The position numbers and the translations under genes were made by a program. From Camelus ferus (taxonomy: Eukaryota): DNA of 64,000 nt. Below are positions 35,690-47,970 of the stretch, piece by piece. Below the pieces are notes generated by a model that was given only the letters and a program-made list of their open reading frames with translations, had not been told where the DNA came from and made no database searches. The stretch covers positions 21,268,001-21,332,000 of the forward strand of contig NC_045697.1 of the NCBI RefSeq assembly GCF_009834535.1. Direction: 5' to 3'. Positions within the stretch are counted from its first letter, which is position 1. The number at the start of each line of letters is the position of its first letter.

Positions 35690-37210
35690 ACAACCGTTAC
35701 CCACTTAGTCTGAGCCGATGCCTTTGCCTTTTACTTCACGGAGAAAATAAAGACAATCTGAAAAACTTTCTCAATTTCTTTTTACCCTACCCAGAAACAG
35801 AAATATATATACACTTATCTTTTTTTTCCCTCCCCTTCTATTTGAAGGAAAGATATAATCTTCCTACTAAAACAAATCATTTTACCAGGGTGCTGGATCC
35901 TCTCCTTCCAGAATTTGTCAGACCCATTTCTTCTATTCTTTATTACTTATCTTTTCATCTCATCATTTTAAAATGCTTAAGCCTCTCTTGTTATACACAA
36001 TAAAAATAAATATAAACACAAAGTCTCACTCCTGGTCTGTATCTCGTCCTACTTAATGCTGTCCCTGGCCTGATTTAATTCTCAAACTGCTTCAGCAGGT
36101 TGCCCACCACTTATTGTGTCCACTTTCTCATCTCCCTTTTATTCTTCAACCAAATTAATTTGGCGTTCACCAGCATCGCTCTACTGGAAGACCTTTCATA
36201 GGTACAGAGAACAGACTAGTGGTTGCCAGAGAGGAGGGAGGTGGGGAGATGAGCGAAATAGATGAAGGCAATTAAGAGGTGCAAACTACTAAAATAAATA
36301 AGTCACAGAGAGGTAATGCACAACACAGAGAATATAGTCAATATTATGTATAATAATAACTTTGGTGTGCAATCTATACAAAATATCAAATCGCTATGTT
36401 TTACACTTGAAACCAATATAACATTGCAAGTAAATTATACTTCAGTTTACAAAAAAGACCTCTCATGAAACAACTTATGATTTGTGCGTGGCTAAATCCA
36501 AACAAAGTCTGTTTAATTTTATGTTGTTTAACCTCTAAGAACACCTGACTTTGATGATCCACCCTGTTTTTCTGAAATACTCTCTTCTTGTATTTCTGTA
36601 GTGCAGAATCCTACACCTTTTATCTCATCACTAAAGCTGCTCTTCAGCCTTATTATGAGGGCCTTTTTATTCTAACTATCATTTAAACATAGGTGTTTTT
36701 CGGAGTCTGTCATTGGGTTCTTGTCTCATCCTACACAATTTCCTTGGCAGACTCAACAATTGTTATATCTTAATTATCATGAATTAGATGATGATATATA
36801 TTTCTAACACTATTGTCTTTCTTGAAATTTGGTACTTATATCCAACTGTCTACTAAATCTTTCCCCTTGAGTGGCGACATTTACTCATAGATAGATCTTC
36901 CCTTACTGTCCCTACCCACCATCTTGATGCCTCAAATGTCTCCTATGTTACTTTTCTCTAGGGACGGTTTTAACATTCACCTCTGTTTCTCAGTCATAAA
37001 TTTAGATATTGCATTTGATTTCACACTCCTTCCACCTCCTTCAGACAAATTACTTTATTTCATTTAATTTTACATGTTGAATATCACTGCTGTTTTTCAT
37101 GTAGCCATTGCTCAGGTTGGCCATTCTGTCTCTTGCTTGTTCATGGTAACATCTATCTAGATTTCCTTTTCTGTTGGTTTGCTTTATTTTGCTTCCTTTC
37201 TTATCCCATT
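35690..37210 (+). mobile_element. Long L2 fragment (ORF2/RT region toward the 3' end), interrupted by an L1
   Basis: tttgccttttacttcacggagaaaataaagac; gtgctggatcc; tggctaaatccaa; ttctgaaatactctcttc; tccaactgtctacta. Confidence 0.8.
36200..36454 (+). mobile_element. 5'-truncated L1 3'UTR nested in L2
   Basis: acagagaacagactagtggttgccagagaggaggg...acacttgaaaccaatataacattgcaagtaaattatacttcag plus A-tail; TSD AAGACCT(T/C)TCAT at 36188-36199/36455-36466. Confidence 0.9.
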
Positions 37211-37231
37211 TTCAGTCAGGAGAAGATATTT

Positions 37232-37565
37232 TATGTCACTGTAACAAACAGCATGGGTTTCTCACTGATATAAATCAATAAAGACTTATTTCTCATCTGT
37301 GCTTTCTGTCTAGTTTATATTTGTGTAACACCCAGATCTTTGTAAGCTTTATTTTAGAACATAAGATGATAGAGGCTCCAACTCCTGGCTTATCATCACT
37401 CTGTAAAAGGAAGGCATGAATATAGATGGTCACGCACTGATGAGGTCAGGCTTTTGTCTAACAGTGACACAGAACACTCCTGCTCATACTTCTTTGCCCA
37501 GGTGACTCACTTGGCCAAAACTACCATCCAGCGAGTGACGAAGTGCAATTTTCCAATGTACCTTG
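37232..37565 (-). mobile_element. Old MLT1-type MaLR LTR
   Basis: ctgtaacaaaca...aataaagacttatttctc...agtgacacagaacactcctgctcata...cacttggcc...gaagtgcaatt. Confidence 0.65.
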
Positions 37566-37608
37566 TTTTCAACAATTGAATAGCTCTCCATTTTTTTCTA
37601 ATTTATTT

Positions 37609-38498
37609 TTTATTGAGGTAACATTGGTGTATAGCATTGTGTAAATTTCATGTGTACACTATTATATTTCTACTTCTGTATAGTATACAGTCTGCTCACT
37701 ATCAAAAATTTACTTTCTATTCATCAGCATACGCCCCCACACACATACACTTCTTTCCCTCTGGTAACCATTACTCTGTTCTCTATAACTCTGTGTTTGT
37801 TTTGATTTGATTTGGCTTATGTATTTATTTTGTTTTGTTTTTTTTTTCACTATATCCCACATATGTAGATCACCCATACAACTCAACAACAAGAAAACAA
37901 ACAACCTGATTAAAACATGGGTAGAGGAGCTGAGTAGATATTTTGCAAAGAAGACATACAGATGACCAATAGCCTCATGAAAAGATGTTTAACTTTGCTA
38001 ATTATCAGAGAAATGCAAATCACAACCACAATGAGATATCAACTCACACCTGTCATATGGCTATTATCAAAAATGCAAGAAATCACAAATGTTGGTGAAG
38101 ATGTGGAGAAGAGGGAGGCCTCATACACGTTCATAGGAATGTATAAATTGGTGCAGCCACTATGGAAAACAGTGTGGATAGTCTTCAAAATATTAAGAAT
38201 AGAACTACCATATGATCCAGTTATCCCACTTCTGCATAGTTGTCCAAAGAATAGTAAAACATTCATTTAAAGAGATATATGCACCCCTATGTTCAACACA
38301 GCATTGTTTGCAATAACCAAGATATAGAAACAACCTAACTGCCCATCAAGAAATAAATGTATAAAGAAGATGTAGGATAGATAGATAGATAGATAGGACA
38401 CCACTTAGCCATAAAAAGATGAAATCTTGCCACATGTAACACCTGCATGGACCTCGATAATATTATGCTAAGTGAAATAATTCAGAAAGACTGTATGA
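37609..38498 (-). mobile_element. L1 with 5' inversion: reversed 3'UTR 37609-37865 plus sense ORF2 C-terminus ~37870-38500
   Basis: ORF 37962..38270 ([18 protein letters not shown]...[10 protein letters not shown]...[11 protein letters not shown]) is L1 ORF2p; TSD TTTCTAA(T/C)TTATTT at 37595-37608/38499-38512. Confidence 0.92.
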
Positions 38499-39319
38499 TT
38501 TCTAACTTATTTATACACCAACATTAAGTCTCACCAAACACAAGAGCAGTAAGCCAAGGGTCTACTCAGTCAAAGTATTGAAAGTTTAAAATCTAGGATC
38601 TCCAAGAGATGTAAGAAACTCATAAACTAAAGAGTGAGGATATTTGCAGAAACTGCAATGGTAGAGTGGGATATAGAATAATTAAAATAAACCCCAAACT
38701 CTTTCTGATTCATAAATAGTAAGAATATATAGTTCAGAACAGTCAGAGGATTACAGAAATCCTTACATCCAGCTGTAATGGTGAATATTTCTTTTTTTGG
38801 CCCTGATTCTGCTCCTTACAGGTATTCAATTAGATGTTTATCTAATACCCTTAATTTGAACCTTCCCTGAAGGCTAAGTTTAAATTATTCTTTCCAACTG
38901 TGAAAGTTCAACTATTTTATTTTTTTAACTATTATGGTTAAGAATCAGTTGACTCTGATTCCTAGAGGTCTCCAAATACATGGAACCTCTCTATTCCTTT
39001 TCACTCCTATTTACTAATTAGCTAATTAATTTTTACACCCAACTTCTACTTGAATTACTTGATAACTGCAGCTAAAGAAGCCTTGCACACTTTTAAACTG
39101 TGATTTCTGAATTAGTATAATCCTCCAAATTAATTACTTAAGATAACCGGCAGAACCACACATTTCTGCAGAGACGTTTGTTATAAGATGGTTTCTGCTA
39201 AGAACATGGCTTGCCATTTTTCCAATATTCAACACCAATTTTCTTGGTGCCCACTGCCAAGGTCTTAAGACAATCCTACAAATTTTTGCATCTGCACACT
39301 TGTAGACACTAACTTCCTC

Positions 39320-39545
39320 ACCGCACAGTCTTTACATGGGGATTTACAGTCATGGACCCTCCAAAAATCATGAGCATTGCAGTCAATGGCAGGGGAATGG
39401 AAAGCGGTCACTTGTGCTTTGGATCTTACACTTCCACTAGGATGTGACTGGCATCATTCTGCTCACATGGCATTGTCAGGAAGTGTTGTCCTACAGTATA
39501 TCCAGAGAAGGAGAAACCAAAATAATAGTAAACACTAATGATACA
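39320..39545 (-). mobile_element. Old MLT1-type MaLR LTR fragment
   Basis: gatgtgactggcatcattctgctcacatggcattg...ggaagtgttgtcct...ccagagaaggagaaacc. Confidence 0.55.
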
Positions 39546-42409
39546 CAAAACTCTTTGATACAATTTTCCACACTATAATCAAAATCTCTTTTTGTCAAAG
39601 TGTAAATTTACTATGTTACCTGCACCATACTATCACTCATTTGTAAAGACAGGTAGCCAGCAAGGTCTTGTGCCCCATTTCAAGCTGGAACTCATTCGAG
39701 TAGTCAACACTGCCTCTCAGAGCCTTTGCTTCTTCCTTCTGGGGCATCTATTATGAACCAATTTCTATACCAAATGCAACCATGAATGTCATCATTTAAT
39801 CCCCACACCTGAGAGAGTTTGGCTAATAGTCCTACTCCACAAGGACTTTCAAGATATATACAAATGCCACATAGACGTCTCCTGATACAACATTTATAGT
39901 AATAAAAAAAAAAAAAGACACCACACAGAAGTTTTCTTGAAAAAAAAAATCCTCTTTGTGTCAGATATATGAAAGGAATATTTCTGACTACTTCGTATGA
40001 GTTTCTTAAAATACTATATGTCTGCTCTTCTAAAATGCTTGCCACCCAAAGTAATATTGAAATAAGATCAAGCTGTGCAAATGACCCATATTGTAAGAAA
40101 TAGTCTAATCTGTTCCAGATATAGCTGCCCAATTCGAGTTTATGGTAATAACTAGTAAAAAGAGGAACAGACTCTAACCTACAGATTCCTGACTCACGCA
40201 ATATATTGTTTATATAAAGACAAAAACGACTTGACATTTCAGCTTAATAATGTTCTCCTGAGTTTCACTGTTACAGTGTTCCTGAGAAATTTTCACTTAG
40301 AGGTTCTGTTGCCAAAGTTAAGATATAGATTTTTCTTCCTAACCATTCATTCTCTAAACTATTGTTAGTTCCAAAAAAAAAAAATGCCCTTAATATAATG
40401 GAGTTTCATTGTACTTTGTATTATGTGGAGCAGGTTCTACTTGATTTCTACAAAATAAATTACTTTTATCCATTCCAGTTTCTAAACCACTTTGTGGAAG
40501 AAATATTTGAATTCATCAATTTTAGAGAGACATTGAATCATCCTTCAAGCAATATATGATGACATTTTGAGCACAAATATCAAGATTATTATTTTTAAAA
40601 TTAAATATTACCTGAGTGTTTAAAGTGGCTGAGGAGCATATTAATATTAAATATTATTTCTGACATTTTAAAAAGGTCAAATATGCTGCTGTTATACAAA
40701 AACTATTAGCAGAAACATCAAATTATTATAATCATTCTAAACACTAATTTGGTTCAAAAGTTAACATTTAGAGAGTTTGGACTCAATATTTCTTCTCAAT
40801 GAAGGTCAACATAATTTCACTGTTCAAGTTTTATCCAAAAAAATTTCACTCAACTTGAAAACACTAATTTAATATCAACATTGATTTTCACTCTAATTCT
40901 TAGTGAACATTTTAATTTTTCCTGGCTGACTTTATATAGTTGCCAGGGGTACCGGGGGGCAGTAACTTTTTTGAATTACTTTCTCAACTTCCTTCTAACT
41001 TTTCAACAAAGCATAATCATTGAGTATCCAAAGTAGCTGCACAAACTCTGAGATTGAGAAGGAAGTTTGCTTCTTTGTAACTAAAAGAACAAATTCTACT
41101 CCACTATTCACCAGTGACTGAATAGACTAGATCTTGAACAAAAAAATCCAACTTTGTCCCCAAAAATCAGCTGCCAGATATTTCAAACTTATTCTACTTA
41201 TGGACTTTCATAGACTAGAATGTCTTTTGAATTAAAGCAATAATCATAGTGCCAAGGAGATTTTGGATGGAATTTCTACATCTCTGCATCCTCTTCTGCA
41301 TAAATATGGAGTCAATATTTACCTCACTGCTTACTTATGTCTTACGTTATTCTCTTCTCTTTGTAAATTTTCATTTTCTTGACTTAGCTTTGTTCTCCAG
41401 AAGAAAAATTTCAATTGTGCTATAGCACATTCTCAGGAGGATGTCATATTTCTAAGATCCTTAAAAATTTACATGTGACCAACTGCTTTTCAGACAAACC
41501 AGAGGACTAGAATGTATTATGTATAGAATATGTGGCTATATCAAAATATTCAACACATCTTTCTCTTATGTGTTTTTTTTCCATTCTATTTTCTTTCTTT
41601 AAATAAAGGCATTGCTTTTTAGAAGTTTCCAGAAACTGTTCAGATCTGGTTAGTAAAATCACTGAATATTTTCAGTGTGATAATAACTACTGTATATCTG
41701 TTCTTTAAAATGTATAAAGTTTTTGGCTTTCTTTCTATCACTTACTTCTGACAGCATTCCCCCATATATTAGGCAGTATCCTCATCTCCTGTCAAATAAA
41801 AACAGAGCCAACAATAGATCATACATCTTGTTCAAATTCAAATAGCTAATAAATATCTAAATCAAATCTGGAACTGAAATCATAAAACATTATCTTTTCA
41901 ATTCTTTCTTAGAAATGATTATTTGAAAATTAACATAATATGTTTTTCTAGTCTCCTTGGATTCAAGTACCAATAAATTCAAGCCGGCCCCATAACAAAC
42001 ACTTGGAATCATTTCATAATAGATAAAAACAAAGTTTAGGATATCTGCAAACTTGGAACCATTCTGCTACTAGAATCAATTAACCATTGTTGCCCATGAA
42101 CAGAAAAAGGGCAGACCCCCACATATCATTGTGTTATTTTTCCACTTTAAAGAAGCTCACAAAAATGAATAGACTGCTTTCTCTATGACTTTGATTTATC
42201 ATTTATAGATACATTATCTTCAAGTTGTGATGTATACAAAATGATGTCACAAAAAACTATGCTAATGGACATGATACTTTTTACTATCTTTTTCTGTATG
42301 TCTACTTGCTAATAGCCTTCTAAGTTCCTACATTCTATTTCCAGAATTGCTGCAAGCTAATTTCACGTTCCTTTGCCCTTTATTATATAATTTCCTGGCT
42401 TCAGAACCT

Positions 42410-42580
42410 CTTTTCTCTCTTTAATATGGCTTATTCTTGGTTGCTTTAATCATTACATAATGCATTATGATCTTCAGTAATTTAAGCTTTTATTTCTTCA
42501 TCTATAAAATGGGGAGGGTAATGATACCTAAAGTGCTCAGAATAACACGTGGCACCTACGAATATTTCTAAGTAGTTTAC
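42410..42580 (+). mobile_element. MIR SINE
   Basis: tttcttcatctataaaatggggagggtaatgataccta...agtgctcagaataacacgtggcac. Confidence 0.7.
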
Positions 42581-44490
42581 ACTATTTTTATTATATAGAG
42601 TTTCAGACTTGTTATTTTGACTTTGAATTCCTGTCTTCAGTTTCTGCTCTTTGATTCTATGAACCAAGATTCTTTTCCACAGCCCAGAATATTTAACATA
42701 AGATTGCAAGTGTCACACCTCCCTCATGGCTCAGTCTGAAAGAAGGGCAGACTTCTTCCAAATGAAAAAAAAAAAGTCACCAGATTCTTCTTTCTGAGGT
42801 AGCAGAGTCAATCACTCTTGGGTTTTCTGATCATCTGGGGACAAATATTATACATTTTTCAAAATGTTCCCCTTACTCTTTCAATCTTCTTGAAAAGAAA
42901 ACAGGTATTCTTGGATATTCTATCTGTGGTTCAGTCACATATGTATTTCTCTGCTTTCCTATAACCAATACTGAGCCTACTGAAAATAAATGCATTCGTT
43001 TTTCTGAGTGTGCCTGCAGGAGCAGTCTTTTCAGCTTGAATTGCATATTCAAGTTTCCTGCTGCTTTCAATCAATCTAGGATTAACAAGAATTTACCTGT
43101 TTACAATAAATGGAATGGATATTGGGTATTTGATCAAGGACAGTCCTCAGGCTGTATAGTTCCTTCTATTTGTTGAAATTTAATGTCATTAAACCTCTGG
43201 GAGTGGAGCACAAGCTTTCTTCTAAACCAGATTTTTCTAATTTTTAGAGGAAGCTTTTTGAATGAAATGGAGTTGCAAGGCTGGTTTTTATTTGTTTTGG
43301 CTCAAAATGTTTGCATTTTTTATATCACTTGCTTGCCCCAGGGATGCACAGAATGGATGATTTTTACAGATCTGAAAGATAAATCAATCAATATGAGAAT
43401 TTGTTGGTCTGTATTTGCTATTAATATTACAATCTCTTCTCTCCTGGGACATCTTCTACAAACTCAGTTAATAAAAGAGAAGCCCTTGCAGTGTTTTAAG
43501 TCATGGTTATACTACAGATAAATAAATATACCCAACAAGCTTACATCAGTCTTATTTTAATGAAACACAGGAATGAACAGTGTTTGGAGACTAAAGAGCT
43601 AATAGCAAAGCCCACATAGTCTTAACTTGTGTATTGTATTCGTGATTCTTATTAATGTTGTTTTTAGGTATATTATGCTGAAAAGATTTTCTCAATCTGT
43701 CATATCCTTGCATTAATGGAGGAATCTAGAAAGATATATTATATTTGAGGGGATAGGAGAGGATGGAAAGAAAAGAAAATGGAAGGGGGAAAGGCATGAT
43801 TTATATAGTACAAAGGGGAAAATGTTCTTCAGATATGGAATAGATGACTGTGAACATTTTCTATGTAATATACAGCATTTCCCATAATAAAAGTCTCAAG
43901 AAAAATTAGACTAAAAATAGTTAAGGTCAAGAATAATGTATAATACTGTCTTGTATTAATGGTTAAAATTTTAATGGAAATAATCAAATACTTTTTAAAT
44001 TAAAAATGGACGTAACATCTGGTGAAATTTAAAGGTACTTGATTTATATGTAAATAGTTTTAGGTGTAAACATCATTAAGATATTAGATTAATTTAATTA
44101 ATGACAGTGAGTACACGTGTCTCTGGGACTGGCATAGAGTAGGCATACAATAATTGTAAAGCTAATGTATCAGGGGTAAAACTTAAAGACAACATTAAAC
44201 CAAAAACACGATCAATAGAAACTAGAAAAGAAATTGATTAGTGTTCTGTTTTAATATTTATAACACATATAACTTAATAGAAATCATATGATTTCCTAGG
44301 TTCCAGTTTCTTACTAAAAGAAGTTGGCATACTAGTATTAACCTTGGTAAACTTGCCATGTTATTGTGACAATACAATTAAGTATTGAAATGAACAAATT
44401 CATGCCTTCAACTATTTGCATTCGGCATGTATAAACTTTGGACTAGTCACTTGAAAGGTAACAAGACCCTGCCCACAAAGAGTTGGATGA

Positions 44491-44941
44491 TGTTGACAGA
44501 GAGACCAAATGCACTAAAGGACAGTGACCAGAATATATGTTAAAGTGGAAATCTAGCCTACAACCTCTGCAGTAACCAGTTCAGGAAGCCAAACCAATCC
44601 TTTAGAGCAATTAACCCCAAATGGTCAAAACTTGATCAATAATGGCCAGCGTCTTTAATTTTTGCCCCCACTTGTATTCCAGGACCAACCAAAGGAAGCC
44701 AGATATGCTCCCCAAACCAATCATACAGGATCCCTTGTTTACTGGCCAGCCTCCAGCTTCCCCAACCAACAACCTCCAATCAGAACCGAGCTGAAGGCTT
44801 CCCTTTGTTCACCGTGGAGATTCCACACTGCCTGCCTCCCTTTGAGGTTCTACCAAATGGAAGTAATGAAGGCTGACTCCCCTGAAAGCTCTGAATAAGT
44901 TTCCTCAGCTTTTTCTCATTTGAGTGGTCTTTATTGCCACA
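44491..44941 (+). mobile_element. ERV1-class solo LTR (subfamily uncertain)
   Basis: TG...CA ends; aaccagttcaggaagccaaacc, aggaccaaccaaaggaagccagatatgctccccaaaccaatca, tandem CCAAT boxes, ctctgaataa polyA-signal-like region. Confidence 0.75.
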
Positions 44942-45074
44942 TTACATAAAAATACACATCTTACATCTATAACTGAGCAGTGTTAAGGGGGAATTTGTTA
45001 GTATGACTAGTAAAGGAGACCATCATGGATAGCCACCTTTATCAAGGAACTGAGGAAGATTAAAAAGCAACTGT

Positions 45075-45890
45075 GGACTTCCAGTTTTGACTCCAACATA
45101 TAAAGGCTTAAAAGTCACCACTCTCACTTACAATAACAAAAAATGGGACAAAATGAAAATTAATGATTTTTCTTGAACTGTTGCAGGAAAACTACCGTTC
45201 CCAAATCTGGAGACTCTGGTGCATGGAGAGAGAGATACAGCCCCCATGATTAACTTACTAAGAACAGAAGCCATTGGATGTCTTAGGTGGTAGGAATGCT
45301 TGAATGGTAATGTTAACACATTGCTAGAGACTGTGTGAACTTGAGAGACAGAAATTCGGGAACCCATAGTCTGAGAGTTCCACCAGGTTGGGATTCAAGA
45401 AAAATCTCCTTGTGCTTCTAGGAGACAGACGAGGCAAATGATCATTGTAAAACAATCCCAGAATCTTCTCCACAGGGAACACCTACTCTGTAGTGGAAAG
45501 GGCTTTGTCAGAGCACAAAGGAACCAGACAACTTTATCCCAGGTGTTGAGATGATCAGACACAGAATGTAAAATAATTATGATTAATATATTAAGTTCTG
45601 TAACGGAAAAAGTAAACGATGTGCAAAAGAGATGTGTAACGTAAGCAGACAGATGGAAATTCTGAGAAGGAATCAAAAGGAAATGCTAGAAATCAAAACT
45701 GTAATTAGGAAGAGTAAAAAATACCTTTGATGGATTCATCAGTAACTGCAAAAAGACCAGGGTAAGAATTTTCCAAATCTAAAATTTAAGAAAAAGGAAA
45801 AAGGGAAAAAACACAAAATGGAATATGCAACAACTATTGTGGGAAAATATCAAAAGTTGTAAAATGCAAACTCTGAAATTTATCCTTAAA
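45075..45890 (+). mobile_element. Old L1M 5'UTR plus ORF1 fragment
   Basis: ggacttccagttttg start; taaaataattatgattaatatattaag...ggaaaaagtaaac...agatggaaattctgagaaggaatcaaaaggaaatgctagaaatcaaaac...cctttgatggattcatcagta. Confidence 0.8.
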
Positions 45891-47134
45891 AGATTTGTGA
45901 AGTTATCAGGCAAAAAGCTAGTCAGAGCATTCCAGGTAGGTTGATCAAAAAACCATGGAATTTGGAAAAGATAGGGCATACAGAGGGAGGAATTTAAAGT
46001 TTTAATGTGACTCTAACAGAATATGTGTAAGAGCAGAAAACTCACGCCGAGTCAGACTGCACCACACAATACACCCCACGCAGTGCATACATATACTTGT
46101 TCCAGACACCATGTTCTCAAGTTCGGGCTTAAATCTGGGGACGTTATGGAGCCAGTAGAGGTCTTTATGCAGAGTCGCAATGTGAATTGATTTAAGTTTT
46201 ATGAAATAAACTTTTGGAGCAGCTGAACTATGGTAGAAAACAGAATAATTTGAGTGTGTGTATGTTTGGTTCTTTAAGGGAGAAGTGGGGATCGAGATAT
46301 ATGAAGATCAAGAAAGCCCTATGGTTTTCTATCTCATTTACTCTGCTCCCATAAGCCTTCTTTTAATGTCAAGAACTTCAGAGCTGGGGAAAGCATCCTG
46401 GGTGGGCATCCACACCCTGTCCATAAATGCCTTCAACATGAGTGCACAACTCTAAAGTCACGTATGTGTGTGTAATTGGGGGAGGGTATTCTTCGCTTTT
46501 ATAAGATTATCCAAGGATTTTGTAGCCCAAACGAAGGTTAGTCAAAAAAAAAAAAAGTGTAGTATTGCTTTTGTTCTAAAATATAACAAACCATAAAATC
46601 TCTTTCCTATTACTGCTATTTCAGTTTTAACTACATGTGAAATTACTGGTCATTCACTGAAATTCATCCCAACATCACTGCCTTAGGGAAGCATATCATG
46701 AGGTTTTCAAATAGCCTTAATCATTCGCTTTGCTGGGCTAACTCTATCTATATATAGATGTCCTTCTATTCTTGTACTTATACTATGAAATGTAAACCTG
46801 TCTTTCCAATTAGAATTTGACCAACATGAGCACATTTGCAGAACCTAATACAACACAAAAAAAGTTGATCTTTAAAACGTTAGTTGAAAGTTCTAATTAT
46901 GAGCAAATTATAAAGTATATTGTTTATAATATTCTAATTTATAATTATAAATATTTAAATGAGTATATTGTGATATACTAGGTCTTTTGCTTATTATTGC
47001 AGTTTGTACTCAATTATAAGCTGTCTGAAATTTAATCTGATTGAACATATTAAAGATTATTAAGAACTGATAAAAGTACCAGATAGTTGTTAGGCACATA
47101 AATATCAGAGAAACAGGGCTGAAGAAGCAATGCA

Positions 47135-47148
47135 ATGCCCTCTACAGG
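47135..47148 (-). promoter_or_regulatory. Candidate CTCF site (moderate)
   Basis: Minus strand CCTGTAGAGGGCAT. Confidence 0.35.
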
Positions 47149-47829
47149 TTTTATACTTTTTTGTTCATCAACATATATTTTATGCAATAATTCCTTTGAT
47201 GTGATATATTAATGTACGCAATTTCCAGCATCAAGTTGTTCCTCTATTATTTTTCTTCCATTCAAAAAAAGCATATCAGGATACAAATGAAAAATTTTAA
47301 GGTTATTATAGGAATAAACTCATTTTTGATCTAATTTATATTGTTAAGAGTACATCAATAGAGAAATTTGGAAACTTAATTATTAGTAGTAACAACTTAA
47401 TTGCAATGCTGCAAAACTCATTGTGACACTCAAGTGTATAATAACACCATTCTTGAAAATCTCTGTTTTAGAGTACTTTCTGTTCAACACTGGAAGAAGT
47501 ACAAGTATGTATTATAAACATTTATTGCAATTACAGAAAAATTTCATTATCTGTAAAAAGGGTGATACTTATACTTTCAAGGTCATAGAATTGTTTTAGT
47601 AAATGAAATAATGCATAATGCTTTCCAATGTACTTAGTCCACTATGATAAATTAATAAATCTTTACCATTATAATTATTTTTATGAACAATATTATGTGC
47701 TTTATGAATTGCACTTACATGCACTGTTTTAACTGAGAGGGATAATAGGGACTTTTTTTAGCCTTGATTTACTGATAAGGGAAAGAAAAGTTAGAAAAAA
47801 TTATTTGGTGAATATCTTTATTCAGTGTG

Positions 47830-47970
47830 GAGGCAGCATAGGATGGTGATGAATTACGGACTTACTCTAAAGCTGGATTGTCTGAGCCTCCTAGTTTTGT
47901 CACCCATCAGACATATGCCCTCAGCTACTTTACTTCATCTCTTTATTCCTTGTGTTCCAGATGATGGTAA
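47830..47970 (+). mobile_element. MIR SINE (5' part)
   Basis: gaggcagcataggatggtga...ggact...ctggattgtctgag...ttgtcacccat...actttacttcatctctt. Confidence 0.55.

Noticed and set aside
39704..40237. Longest ORF (177 aa, minus strand)
   Set aside because: Runs through A/T homopolymers (FFFFYYY), has no recognisable domain and an AT-rich composition typical of a chance ORF.
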